Shown one piece after another: positions 26,887-35,901 of a DNA stretch of 43,663 nucleotides (its first letter is position 1; the number at the start of each line of letters is the position of its first letter). The position numbers and the translations under genes are program-made. The stretch is taken from positions 1 to 43,663 of the forward strand of contig CAYGAS010000066.1 in the NCBI GenBank assembly GCA_964347935.1. The letters are read 5' to 3'. Origin of the DNA: an uncultured Nitrospiraceae bacterium. Lineage in GTDB: Bacteria; Pseudomonadota; Gammaproteobacteria; Acidiferrobacterales; SPGG2. Below the pieces are notes generated by a model. The model searched no databases. It was not told where the DNA came from and saw only the letters and a list, made by a program, of their open reading frames with translations.

Positions 26887-26916
26887 TCGTGCACCCTTCC
26901 CAAGCGAGCGAGTCGG

Positions 26917-28620
26917 TTACATCTCAGGCGACTTAATCATGAATAGAAACTCCCGCACAGCCGCCTTCGACTCGGGCCGCAGGTTCTCAATACCTTCGTA
27001 GGGGATCCCGATCGCCGGCCCCTCGTCCGGATACTTCGCCTTGCGTTTCAGGTGGCGTTGGACCATGCGGACGAACTTGGCCCCACCCCAGGCGCCGATT
27101 TCCGTGGACACCGGGTATCTTTCCTGGGGGTCGCGGAACAAATCGTAGAATTTGGCCAGGATGGCATTCTCTATGTTGCCCCCGGGAATAGCTAATTTGT
27201 ACTGCTCCTTCACGACCGCTTCCAGCTTGTTGATGTTGTAGAGGAACACGTAGTCACGTCGCCCATGCGTGTCCCCGTTCAACATCAGGGTCGTCTGGTC
27301 GATCCCGTCGATGATCCGGTCGGTGGGAACCTTGCTCGTGGCCCCGGCCAGGCGGGCGATGGTTGTAAACAGGTCCGATACGTGAATGATGTCCCCGGCG
27401 ACGGAATCGGCCTTGATCATGCCTGGCCAGCGCACGAAAGCGTCCACCCGCACCCCGCCCTCCGTGGTGTCGCCCTTGCCGCCGCGGAAGATCATCGGGG
27501 TGTAACCGGATTGCGGCGAGTACTTGGTGAAGTGACCGTTGTCACCCATGACGATGACCAGGGTGTTATCGGCGATACCCAACTTGTCCATCTCGGCCAT
27601 CAGCTCGCCGATCCACTGATCCACCAGCTTCATCTTCTCCACGTAGATTCCGCCATTCGGCGTGGTGTATTTGTCGGTGGTCGTGCGGGGACCGGTCAGG
27701 GGGTACAGCGGCCAGTAATTCAGGAAGAAGGGTTTATCGGCCTTGGCCAGCTTGCGTAGCTGCTCCATGGTTTGCTTCTGGTAACGCACGTTCATCTCGT
27801 GGTACTTCTTCTCGTTCCAGCGCTCGCCGGTCTGCATGTGCACTTCTCGGACGGGCTTGTTGCGTTGGCCCTCGACGCCTGTGACCATCGCCGACGCATC
27901 GGTGCGCAGCCAGCGATCCATGGTGTAACGACCATCGTAGTTGTTGTCGCCGATGCCGATAGAGACTTCCTCGTTTGCCGAGTCATCGTTAAAGATGGAC
28001 AGCTGACCCTGCTGGTGAATCGGGAAGGCGGCGTAGTCAAAGCCTTGGTAATTCGGCCAGGCTTCCCGGATGTCACCCATGTGCCACTTGCCGATATGGG
28101 CCGTGTTGTAGCCGACTTCAGACAGGATCTCCGCCAGGGTCACTTCCTTGCCGGCCAGTCCAAAGCCGGAAATATCGACGGAGGTATTCCCCATGCCGTT
28201 GCGAAACGGCTGGCGGCCTGTCATGAAGGCTACTCGGGTCGGCGTACAAGAGGGTTCCGTGTACATGCGTGACAGGCGCATCCCCTCGCGGGCGATCTTG
28301 TTGATCGCGGGTGTGCGGTATCCCCGGATGGCGTTGAGTGTCTCGCTGCCGAGATCGCCGAAGCCGATGTCGTCGATCAGGATGTAAAGAATGTTCGGCG
28401 GCTTGCCTCCGTTATTCTTGCGGAACTCCGTCAGCTTGACGTCGAGCGTTTTATCCTCGACGGCCCACTTCTTACCGTTCTGCGCTTCTAGGATGTAGTA
28501 CTCTGCGTCGTGGACCAGCTTGACGCTTTTGCCCTCCTTGGCCGATGCAGCGGTGGCCAACGGCGCAGCCCCCGCGAACATTATCGTCAGACCGGAGATC
28601 GCTAAGGTTCGAAGGTTCAT
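26917..28620 (-). CDS. Secreted formylglycine-dependent sulfatase (arylsulfatase family)
   Basis: It has a signal peptide (MNLRTLAISGLTIMFAGAAPLATAASA), the metal-binding LYILIDDIGFGD and the SCTPTRVAFMTGR C-x-P-x-R motif. The start is at ATG 28620, with a GAGGA SD about 9 nt upstream. No FGE or anSME maturase gene is present in the window. Confidence 0.9.
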   Translation of the reverse strand: MNLRTLAISGLTIMFAGAAPLATAASAKEGKSVKLVHDAEYYILEAQNGKKWAVEDKTLDVKLTEFRKNNGGKPPNILYILIDDIGFGDLGSETLNAIRGYRTPAINKIAREGMRLSRMYTEPSCTPTRVAFMTGRQPFRNGMGNTSVDISGFGLAGKEVTLAEILSEVGYNTAHIGKWHMGDIREAWPNYQGFDYAAFPIHQQGQLSIFNDDSANEEVSIGIGDNNYDGRYTMDRWLRTDASAMVTGVEGQRNKPVREVHMQTGERWNEKKYHEMNVRYQKQTMEQLRKLAKADKPFFLNYWPLYPLTGPRTTTDKYTTPNGGIYVEKMKLVDQWIGELMAEMDKLGIADNTLVIVMGDNGHFTKYSPQSGYTPMIFRGGKGDTTEGGVRVDAFVRWPGMIKADSVAGDIIHVSDLFTTIARLAGATSKVPTDRIIDGIDQTTLMLNGDTHGRRDYVFLYNINKLEAVVKEQYKLAIPGGNIENAILAKFYDLFRDPQERYPVSTEIGAWGGAKFVRMVQRHLKRKAKYPDEGPAIGIPYEGIENLRPESKAAVREFLFMIKSPEM

Positions 28621-28987
28621 AGTGGAGTCCTCATATTCCTTCAAAGGCACTATAGGTTGATCGTAATCGTTTCAGCGAGATAGGCGAATTTGGGCGGTAG
28701 ATGATAAGGGCCTCACACAGAGCGCGCGTTAAGCAAGCACTTGTTGGATTGACGTTGGTGGAAGCCGTGGACGCCTCGCGTAAATCACTCGGCTTGTTAA
28801 TTCGGATTCGTCTGCAGATGACGAGTGCTCCTCCCGTCGGGGTCTGATCAACCTCTTAGAGGGGCCATAGTCTGCCAATTGCTCCGAAATTTGTCGATCT
28901 TTGTATACCTTTAGAGCAGCATGGGATTACCACGAATATCGAACGCCGTGCCTGATCGAACCAGTTACTGTGAACGTTGGCTACGTA

Positions 28988-29052
28988 TATGGACTCCTCC
29001 TACCTCGGTAACTGGGTTGAGTCTTAACGAAATGTCCACGGAGGAGTCCATA
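28988..29052. repeat. 13-bp perfect inverted repeat with a 39-nt spacer in an AT-richer non-coding region
   Basis: TATGGACTCCTCC (28988-29000) pairs with GGAGGAGTCCATA (29040-29052). I checked this base by base. Confidence 0.6.
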
Positions 29053-29063
29053 CATTGGCTCGA

Positions 29064-29080
29064 TTTCTGTCTGACAGAAA
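29064..29080. promoter_or_regulatory. Perfect 17-bp palindrome, candidate operator (GntR-like TGT-N3-ACA core)
   Basis: TTTCTGTC-T-GACAGAAA has 8/8 symmetric arms and lies about 155 nt upstream of the Nudix gene ATG. Confidence 0.35.
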
Positions 29081-29233
29081 CTTGCCCCCAGCAGCTTGTG
29101 GGTCCACACCTGCCAATCAGTTTCGATCGAATCCGACGCTGTCTGTATGGTCGAGTTTGAGCTGATACAATTCAGGATTGAAAAAACGCGCCTTTATCTT
29201 GAACCTTGTAACTTGTCCCTCGTCTCTTAAGAT

Positions 29234-30085
29234 ATGAGCTTTCTCGATCGCATCAGGGAATGTAACGAGTACGACCTCGGCAGGTTTCAGCCGTTGCGGA
29301 TCGCCGGGCACCGCCTCGGCTGGGTACGCCACGATATCGCCGACCGACTCGCTAATTACCCGGATGTCTTTGAATGTGGAGAGCGGGCAATAGTACTCAG
29401 TACGAGGTTGGATTCCTTCGAAACACGCTCGGCGGCCGTAGCGCCCGTACTCGAAGCGTTGCGCGATGATGGCGTGATTCCCGCGTGGCGTGATGAGCGC
29501 TATCCCGTCGCTATGACATACGGCGCGCCACCGCTGCTACAAATGGAACGCGCCGCCTTTCCCTGCCTGGGATTGCGCGCCTACGGTGTGCACATCAATG
29601 GTTTCGTGCGTGAAGGCGGACACACCAAGATGTGGATCGCGCGACGCGCGCTCGACAAACCGACCTTTCCCGGAATGCTCGACAACATGGTCGCCGGCGG
29701 CCTGCCGATCGGCATCGGCTTGCGCGACAACCTCATCAAGGAATGCGCCGAGGAAGCGGGTATCCCCGAAGGATTGGCGATACGGGCCGTCCCGACCGGG
29801 GCGATTTCCTACTGCAAAGAGGTTCCCGAGGGTCTCAAGCCTGACCTGCAGTTTGTCTACGATCTCGAACTGCCGCCCGGGTTCAAGCCGCAACCCGTCG
29901 ACGGCGAGGTCGAAGCCTTCTACCTCTGGCCGATCGAAAAGGTGATGGAGGTTGTCGCTAACAGCAACGACTTTAAATTCAACTGCGCCCTTGTCATCAT
30001 CGATTTTCTCGTGCGTCGCGGCTTCCTTTCGCCCGAGGACGTTGACTATCTGCAGATTGTCGATGGCCTGCGCCGGCCGTCGTAG
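29234..30085 (+). CDS. Nudix hydrolase with N-terminal DUF4743-like domain
   Basis: It has the N-terminus MSFLDRIRECNEYDLGRFQPLRIAGHRLGWVRHD and a Nudix-box core GGLPIGIGLRDNLIKECAEEAGI. Confidence 0.85.
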   Translation: MSFLDRIRECNEYDLGRFQPLRIAGHRLGWVRHDIADRLANYPDVFECGERAIVLSTRLDSFETRSAAVAPVLEALRDDGVIPAWRDERYPVAMTYGAPPLLQMERAAFPCLGLRAYGVHINGFVREGGHTKMWIARRALDKPTFPGMLDNMVAGGLPIGIGLRDNLIKECAEEAGIPEGLAIRAVPTGAISYCKEVPEGLKPDLQFVYDLELPPGFKPQPVDGEVEAFYLWPIEKVMEVVANSNDFKFNCALVIIDFLVRRGFLSPEDVDYLQIVDGLRRPS

Positions 30086-30124
30086 AACAGAGACTAGCTG
30101 GATGGACTCGAAAAGAAGGACATC

Positions 30125-30859
30125 ATGAGGCTCCATGACTTCGACGCACTGACGTTTGACTGTTACGGCACCTTGATCGACTGGGAACGAGGCATCCTTA
30201 GCGAGCTCAAACCGTGGGTGCAAAAGAACGGTTTAACGATCGACGACGGCGAAATCCTCGAGGCATTTGCCGAGCTCGAGCCGCAACATCAGGCCAAAAC
30301 ACCGGACCAGCTTTACCCGGATGTGCTGACCGCCGTGTATCTCGACCTTGGCAAGCGTTGGCACATACCGGCGGATCCCGATGACGCGGTGGCGTTCGGC
30401 CAATCGATTGGCCGTTGGCCCGCGTTTGCGGACAGTACGGCATCGTTGCAGTACCTAAAAGGACATTACAGGCTTGTCGTCTTGTCCAATGTCGACCGGG
30501 CCTCGTTCGCCGACAGCAACAAGAAGCTCGACGTAGCGTTCGACCGCATCATTACAGCCCAGGATGTGGGCTCCTATAAGCCCGATCCCCGCAACTTCGA
30601 GCATCTGATCAGCGAGCTGGCCGACATGGGGATTGAGAAGAAAAAGATTCTGCATACCGCCCAAAGCCTGTTTCATGACATCGCCCCCGCTCAGGCCGCC
30701 GGCTTGCATACGGCCTGGGTCAACCGTCGCAGGGGCAAAGCAGGTGGCGGCGCGACAGCCCCGCCTGCTTATAGCGTCACACCGGACTTCGAGGTCGCGA
30801 GTCTGGAAGAACTTGTCGACAAACACAAAACCGAGTTGCAGGACCGAAGTAATAAGTAG
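30125..30859 (+). CDS. HAD-superfamily hydrolase, haloacid dehalogenase type II-like
   Basis: It has motif I (ALTFDCYGTLIDW), motif II (LSNVD) and the C-terminal TAQSLFHDIAPA. An AAGGA SD is present. Confidence 0.85.
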   Translation: MRLHDFDALTFDCYGTLIDWERGILSELKPWVQKNGLTIDDGEILEAFAELEPQHQAKTPDQLYPDVLTAVYLDLGKRWHIPADPDDAVAFGQSIGRWPAFADSTASLQYLKGHYRLVVLSNVDRASFADSNKKLDVAFDRIITAQDVGSYKPDPRNFEHLISELADMGIEKKKILHTAQSLFHDIAPAQAAGLHTAWVNRRRGKAGGGATAPPAYSVTPDFEVASLEELVDKHKTELQDRSNK

Positions 30860-31057
30860 TTACATCTTGAAATTGCGAAAGTTCAATTAGTAAAGCATCT
30901 GCGGGGATCGCCCGTCGTAACCTGGCAGTACGGTACCGGACCATACATAACCGATTGCCGCCAAAAGCACCCTCGGGCAATGTGTTTGAATCTGATCACT
31001 CCCTAGCGGTGTTGGCTAAGTCGTTGTGTGCGTGTGACCCAGGCGACCAGCAGATGT

Positions 31058-33391
31058 TTATTGCTTGTCCTTTGCACCCGCCTTTTTTTCCGCTTCCGAT
31101 TCCAATGCCCCCGCGGCTGCACTGGCCGCTTGCTCCGGGGTCAACGGCGACGCCGCCTCGACAATCACGCGGCGCGGCGCGAAGTGAATGCCATGTTCAG
31201 CGAAGGCCTGCTGAATACGAATGAAGGCTGCGCGTCGGACCATAAACTGCTGGCCCGGGATCGCCGTAAACTTACAACGCATGATCAGCGCGGAATCGTC
31301 CATGTGCGTGACACCCTGCGATTTGAGCGGGCCTAGCATCAAGGGTGCGAGCTCCGGATCCTGCATCATGTCCCGACCCACCTTCTTGACGAGCTTGCGC
31401 ACCTTATCGATGTCGGTTTCAAACGGTACGCGAAGCTCGAATTTCATGATGACGTAGTCACGACTGTAATTGGTCAGCCGGCTTATGTCGCCAAATGGGA
31501 TGGTGTGGACCGGTCCATTGTGGTGCCGAAGCTGAAGCGATCTTATGGATATTTTTTCCACCCGCCCGCGCGTGTTACCGATCTCCACGTACTCGCCCAT
31601 GCGAAAGGCATCATCGAGCAAAAAGAACACGCCCGAGACGATGTCCTTGACCAACGTCTGCGCCCCGAAACCGATGGCGATACCGACAATGCCAGCGCCC
31701 GCAATCAACGGACCAATATCTACACCAAACTCGGACAGGAAAACCATCAGCACGATCACGGTGAGCGTCACGAGCATGAACTTGCGGATCAGTGGCAGCA
31801 GTGTCTCGAGACGCGTGAGCCCGGGAGCACCGCCTTCGCCCTCCTGCAACGCTCTCACATCAGGCTCGCGCGATCGTACGTAGCGCTCGACGGCCGTCTT
31901 CACGAACCCCCAGATCGCATAAGCGATCAGCAGTACTAACGCGATATCCAAAACCGAGCCACCAAGCGTCTCGCCGAAAAGCGCATTGACGAATTCCCCC
32001 GGATTGATATGCCACAGCCTGAGGAACACGGTCACAGCCAATGCTGCCAGGAGGATGCGCAGATTGCGCAGGGCGACACGTTCGTAAGGCTGGTCCTCAT
32101 ATTGAGGTGGCGTCGCAGCGCCGTACGTAGCGGCGATCTCGCTGCCGGCGATCGCTTCAGCGGAGCCAGCCGGCGTCGGCCCCGCAAGGTCCGCCGTGCC
32201 CTGCATTGGCTTCGAACCGAAAAAGCGGACGGCCAGGCGCCGAAGCCCCAGGTCGGCCAGCGGGACCAGCACCACCAACACCAGGCTTGCGACCGCGGAG
32301 CCCATGACCCGCGTATCTGTGGCGTACGCGTAGGCCAGGGCCCCCAGCAGCAGCCCAACCACGTAAGCCGTCGCGAAGACATGCCAGCGGCTGGCAAAGC
32401 GATCGCGCACACCGCCTACGGGAGCGTCTTGGCCGCGAAGGACCGCTGCAATCGGCTGGCGTCCCCGCCAGATCATGAAAACCAGCACAGCAATAAGCAG
32501 GGCAACGGTAGCAAATAGGACAAGCTCGCCCCCACCCTCTTCCAATCCATATCCCACGAGTACACTCGCGATAACTCGGATAGCGATAAGCAGGGTCGTC
32601 ACAACCATGATGCATAGGTGAATGGCGCGCGCCGCCGTGTCGCTGAGGGGGACAAGTCTGAGCGACACGTCCTTAGGCGCCAGCACCAGGCGCGAAGCCA
32701 GCGACACAAACCGGAAGGTCACAATGGCTCGCAGCAGCCCCACGAACAACGGCGTTGCCGGCATCAATGCAGTACCCGCCACCAGGAACACCCCGATCGC
32801 CACCAGCGCGAAGATGGCGATACCAATGAATTCGAGCGTGCCGCGAAGCGCCGCCGCGCCCAGTAGTGCACGGAAGCCCCGTCCCTTCGTCGTCTGTTCT
32901 TGTTCTACGGTTATTAGCGTTGCCCGCCGGTAAAACCACTCGGCAATACCGGCAACAAGGAATGCCAATACAAAGCCACCGAGTATGCGCCCTGAATCGA
33001 TGGTCCCCCCGGCGCTCACCTGCCCCCAGAGTAAAGCGGGTAGCTGGTGCAGTTGACCTGCTCTGGCAAAGGTCTTTGCCAGGCGTTCGCGCAGGATCTG
33101 CAAATGCCGCTCGAGACGCTCAAAGACGTTTTCGCCCTGCGGGCGGCTCGTCTCGGCTGCGTGTTGCCTGGCGAGCTCCGCCATTAACAGCTCGCGTACG
33201 CGCTCGTCAGGCAACTTGGCAAGATAGTCCCGAATCTCGTCCGGGTTGAGTCCGCTGGGTACGGGCGCAATCTCTTTCGTGGCCTGTGTTTTGGTCAATC
33301 CAGCGGCGGGCCAAGCGAGCTCCGACTTTGTGAGTAACCCCAAAACGCCCAATACCGCCAGCATCGTGATGGCAATACAGACGGCCTTCAT
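31058..33391 (-). CDS. Large MscS/MscK-like mechanosensitive channel (multi-TM N-terminal extension)
   Basis: The MscS core is AFRMGEYVEIGNTRGRVEKISIRSLQLRHHNGPVHTIPFGDISRLTNYS. It has a signal/anchor MKAVCIAITMLAVLGVLGLL. I chose the start at ATG 33391. The ORF is open to 33562. Confidence 0.85.
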   Translation of the reverse strand: MKAVCIAITMLAVLGVLGLLTKSELAWPAAGLTKTQATKEIAPVPSGLNPDEIRDYLAKLPDERVRELLMAELARQHAAETSRPQGENVFERLERHLQILRERLAKTFARAGQLHQLPALLWGQVSAGGTIDSGRILGGFVLAFLVAGIAEWFYRRATLITVEQEQTTKGRGFRALLGAAALRGTLEFIGIAIFALVAIGVFLVAGTALMPATPLFVGLLRAIVTFRFVSLASRLVLAPKDVSLRLVPLSDTAARAIHLCIMVVTTLLIAIRVIASVLVGYGLEEGGGELVLFATVALLIAVLVFMIWRGRQPIAAVLRGQDAPVGGVRDRFASRWHVFATAYVVGLLLGALAYAYATDTRVMGSAVASLVLVVLVPLADLGLRRLAVRFFGSKPMQGTADLAGPTPAGSAEAIAGSEIAATYGAATPPQYEDQPYERVALRNLRILLAALAVTVFLRLWHINPGEFVNALFGETLGGSVLDIALVLLIAYAIWGFVKTAVERYVRSREPDVRALQEGEGGAPGLTRLETLLPLIRKFMLVTLTVIVLMVFLSEFGVDIGPLIAGAGIVGIAIGFGAQTLVKDIVSGVFFLLDDAFRMGEYVEIGNTRGRVEKISIRSLQLRHHNGPVHTIPFGDISRLTNYSRDYVIMKFELRVPFETDIDKVRKLVKKVGRDMMQDPELAPLMLGPLKSQGVTHMDDSALIMRCKFTAIPGQQFMVRRAAFIRIQQAFAEHGIHFAPRRVIVEAASPLTPEQAASAAAGALESEAEKKAGAKDKQ

Positions 33392-33603
33392 CAGGTACTG
33401 GTGCAAACAGCGCATGCCATTCACCTCACATCGAGCCAACGAAGCCTCCCGAGGCCGCGATAGCAAAATACGTTCGTAGCTTGCCATTAGGCCCTCGCGT
33501 GCGCACAAGATTGCAGGTACGAGCCTATCTGCTGTGTTCGCCTCGCTTCGATAGGAACCCACCGCTTGCCCGCTTTACGGTTCGTCGAGATCATCGCCGG
33601 ATG

Positions 33604-35592
33604 CTACCTCTTCTTCTGCACGCTGCTTTTGGCGGCCTTCGCCTGAGCGAGGGCTCCGTCAACCGGGGGTCCGCTCGGCGTTCCGGCGGGCGGATAAGGG
33701 AGTGTGTCGGTCACCTCCACCTGACGCGCGTCCGACACCCAGGGAAATGGCAGGACCCCCTCGCTGCGCCACCCCTCCACCTCGGCCTCGGCGGCGCGCG
33801 CATGTCCGGCATCCAGCGTCTGATCGCGAGTGAGATACGTCGTCTGTGCCGGGATCGCCAGGCCGGTGCCCGCTTCCTTGACGATGTCCATGATGCGCAG
33901 AAATAAGTCTTCGCGGATGCCAAGAAACTCACCCCAGTCCGCGGTTGTGCTGAAAGAGAAGATCTCCACGTTAAGTGAGTGCTCGCCCATGCCTACCAAG
34001 CGCACGTGATTGGGCAAGGGCGGTGTGTTCGAGATCTTCGGGTGCGCCAGCAGCAACTCGCGTATTTTGCCAAGCACATAGCGCAGTTGCTCCGGGGTGG
34101 TTTCGTAGCGCAGCGGCAGCACGGTATAAAAGCGGATGCAGTCACGGCGGTTGAAGTTCTCCAGCTGCAGCTCGGCGAACTGCGAGTTCGGTACCGTTAC
34201 GATGGTGCGATCAAGCGTGCGTATGCGTGTGGATCGCAGCCCGATCTCTTCGACGAAGCCGAACCGATTATTAAAGACGCACGGATCGCCCACACGCACC
34301 GGTCTGTCCGCAAACAAGGTGACACCGCCGATCAAGTTCTCCAGTGTCGGGCGCGCGGCGAGCGCCACCGCCAGACCGCCGACGCCGAGGCCGGCAAGTA
34401 GTGGTGTGAGCGGTATGCCTAGGAATTGCCCGCCGACGATCACGATATAGAACACCATCAGGATTGACACCAGCCGCGCCATGATGCGCACCATGTGCGC
34501 GTCGATGCTCTCGGGCTTGATGCGTGGGTGGGCGATGATTAAAGCGGCAACGCCGTTGCCTATGGTGAAAACGGCGACACTTGCGGCAACGAAGATGATC
34601 GTCCAGAGCAGCGTATTGACGACCGTCAGCGCATCACCGGTAATGCCAATTTGTCGATCAATGAAATAGATCTCCGCGCGCGCTATCGCGATGACAACCA
34701 GAGCCGCGGCGAGATTACGCCAGTGCCAGGTGCGTCCCTGGGACCCGCCACGCATTAGGCCGTGGAATAGCCATGGCACGGCCGCGCCCACCACAAGCAT
34801 CAATGCCAGCGCAAGCCACTGCCATAGGGCCTGATCGTATGCTGGCGCTCGCAGCCAGGCGGGCAGGGCAAAGATCCAGCGCTCGGAGATCATCCAGCCG
34901 GGGGCGTAGCGGACGATATCATAGAGACCCGGCGAGGCGCCTTCCCTGTACGGCAGGTGTTTTACCCGCCGGTAGTATTGTCCTGCCTCTGCGACGGTCT
35001 CGGCGGTAAACAGGTACTGGCCCTGCTTCGGCCCCTCCATCTTGCGGGCGATAGTGATTTCTGTGTGCGGGATACGCCAGCGCGTCGGCTCGCCCGCTTC
35101 GATAAGTTTCTTCATCGCGTCGGCATCGGGGATCTCCTCGTACGGCGGGACCTGGATGCGATCCAATACTTCTTTGAGAAGCGCTGCCGCGGTTATGCCC
35201 GTATTTCGTAGCTGCGTTGGCGGGATTTGACTCAGATCAAGGACGCCGAAGATGTGGGGCATGAAGTTCTGAAACCGTACCTGATTCTCATAGGTTAATC
35301 CCTCGACACGATAGATACGGTAGATTTCGTTGATGTTGTCGATAAAGGTCTTCAATGTCCCCCGCGGGCTTGAGGTGTCCGGTGGCTCCAGCGGAAAACG
35401 GTCTTCTTCTTTTTCCTCCTCTTGCCCAAGCGCAGATGCGACTAATCCCAGACACAAGACCAGTGTCGCTGTGCTGCGAGCGAAGATCGTAGAGATCGTT
35501 CGTCGCCGCTGCGCGGGCGTTGTCAGGCGCAAATCGTGAGCTCGCAGACCAGGAAAATAGTTGAGGTAACGGTTTTCGGCAGATTCAGACAT
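33604..35592 (-). CDS. Large MscS-like mechanosensitive channel, second tandem copy
   Basis: The MscS core is VRVGDPCVFNNRFGFVEEIGLRSTRIRTLDRTIVTVPNSQFAE. The start is at ATG 35592 (MSESAENRY...) with a GGAGAG SD upstream. The 165-codon upstream extension of the ORF overlaps the MATE gene and looks non-coding. Confidence 0.85.
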   Translation of the reverse strand: MSESAENRYLNYFPGLRAHDLRLTTPAQRRRTISTIFARSTATLVLCLGLVASALGQEEEKEEDRFPLEPPDTSSPRGTLKTFIDNINEIYRIYRVEGLTYENQVRFQNFMPHIFGVLDLSQIPPTQLRNTGITAAALLKEVLDRIQVPPYEEIPDADAMKKLIEAGEPTRWRIPHTEITIARKMEGPKQGQYLFTAETVAEAGQYYRRVKHLPYREGASPGLYDIVRYAPGWMISERWIFALPAWLRAPAYDQALWQWLALALMLVVGAAVPWLFHGLMRGGSQGRTWHWRNLAAALVVIAIARAEIYFIDRQIGITGDALTVVNTLLWTIIFVAASVAVFTIGNGVAALIIAHPRIKPESIDAHMVRIMARLVSILMVFYIVIVGGQFLGIPLTPLLAGLGVGGLAVALAARPTLENLIGGVTLFADRPVRVGDPCVFNNRFGFVEEIGLRSTRIRTLDRTIVTVPNSQFAELQLENFNRRDCIRFYTVLPLRYETTPEQLRYVLGKIRELLLAHPKISNTPPLPNHVRLVGMGEHSLNVEIFSFSTTADWGEFLGIREDLFLRIMDIVKEAGTGLAIPAQTTYLTRDQTLDAGHARAAEAEVEGWRSEGVLPFPWVSDARQVEVTDTLPYPPAGTPSGPPVDGALAQAKAAKSSVQKKR

Positions 35593-35901
35593 GGTGCTCT
35601 CCAGATTTTTGCTTCTTGCCGCTGATCCCGCCTGCTGAGCCGCGAGACCGCGCTGACCATTACTAGAACCATCTGGCTGCGGCAATAGTACCAAGGATTG
35701 CAACATAGCACGCCCAATGAATTCGCAGCGCTGGCAACCGCCTTCTCCCCGACACTGTGAGCGCTCTGAGCCTGTCAAGGTTTCTACCCGCCCTGGAGCC
35801 CCTTCACGCAAAACAGCACGCACTAAAGCACGGGTACCACCCGGGCGCCAGGTTTGTAGCAAGAAAAACCCCTCCCTGACTTGCCACCTTAAGCTTGCTA
35901 C

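Noticed and set aside
29064-29080. The palindrome considered as a LexA/SOS box.
   Set aside because: It has CTGT-N3-ACAG spacing, not the gammaproteobacterial CTGT-N8-ACAG. No SOS-type gene lies downstream.
28921-29332. Two small ORFs (79 aa + strand, 71 aa - strand) in the AT-richer gap upstream of the Nudix gene.
   Set aside because: They have no RBS and odd composition. One overlaps the Nudix start in antisense, and the inverted repeat lies inside the other. They are more likely non-coding regulatory DNA.
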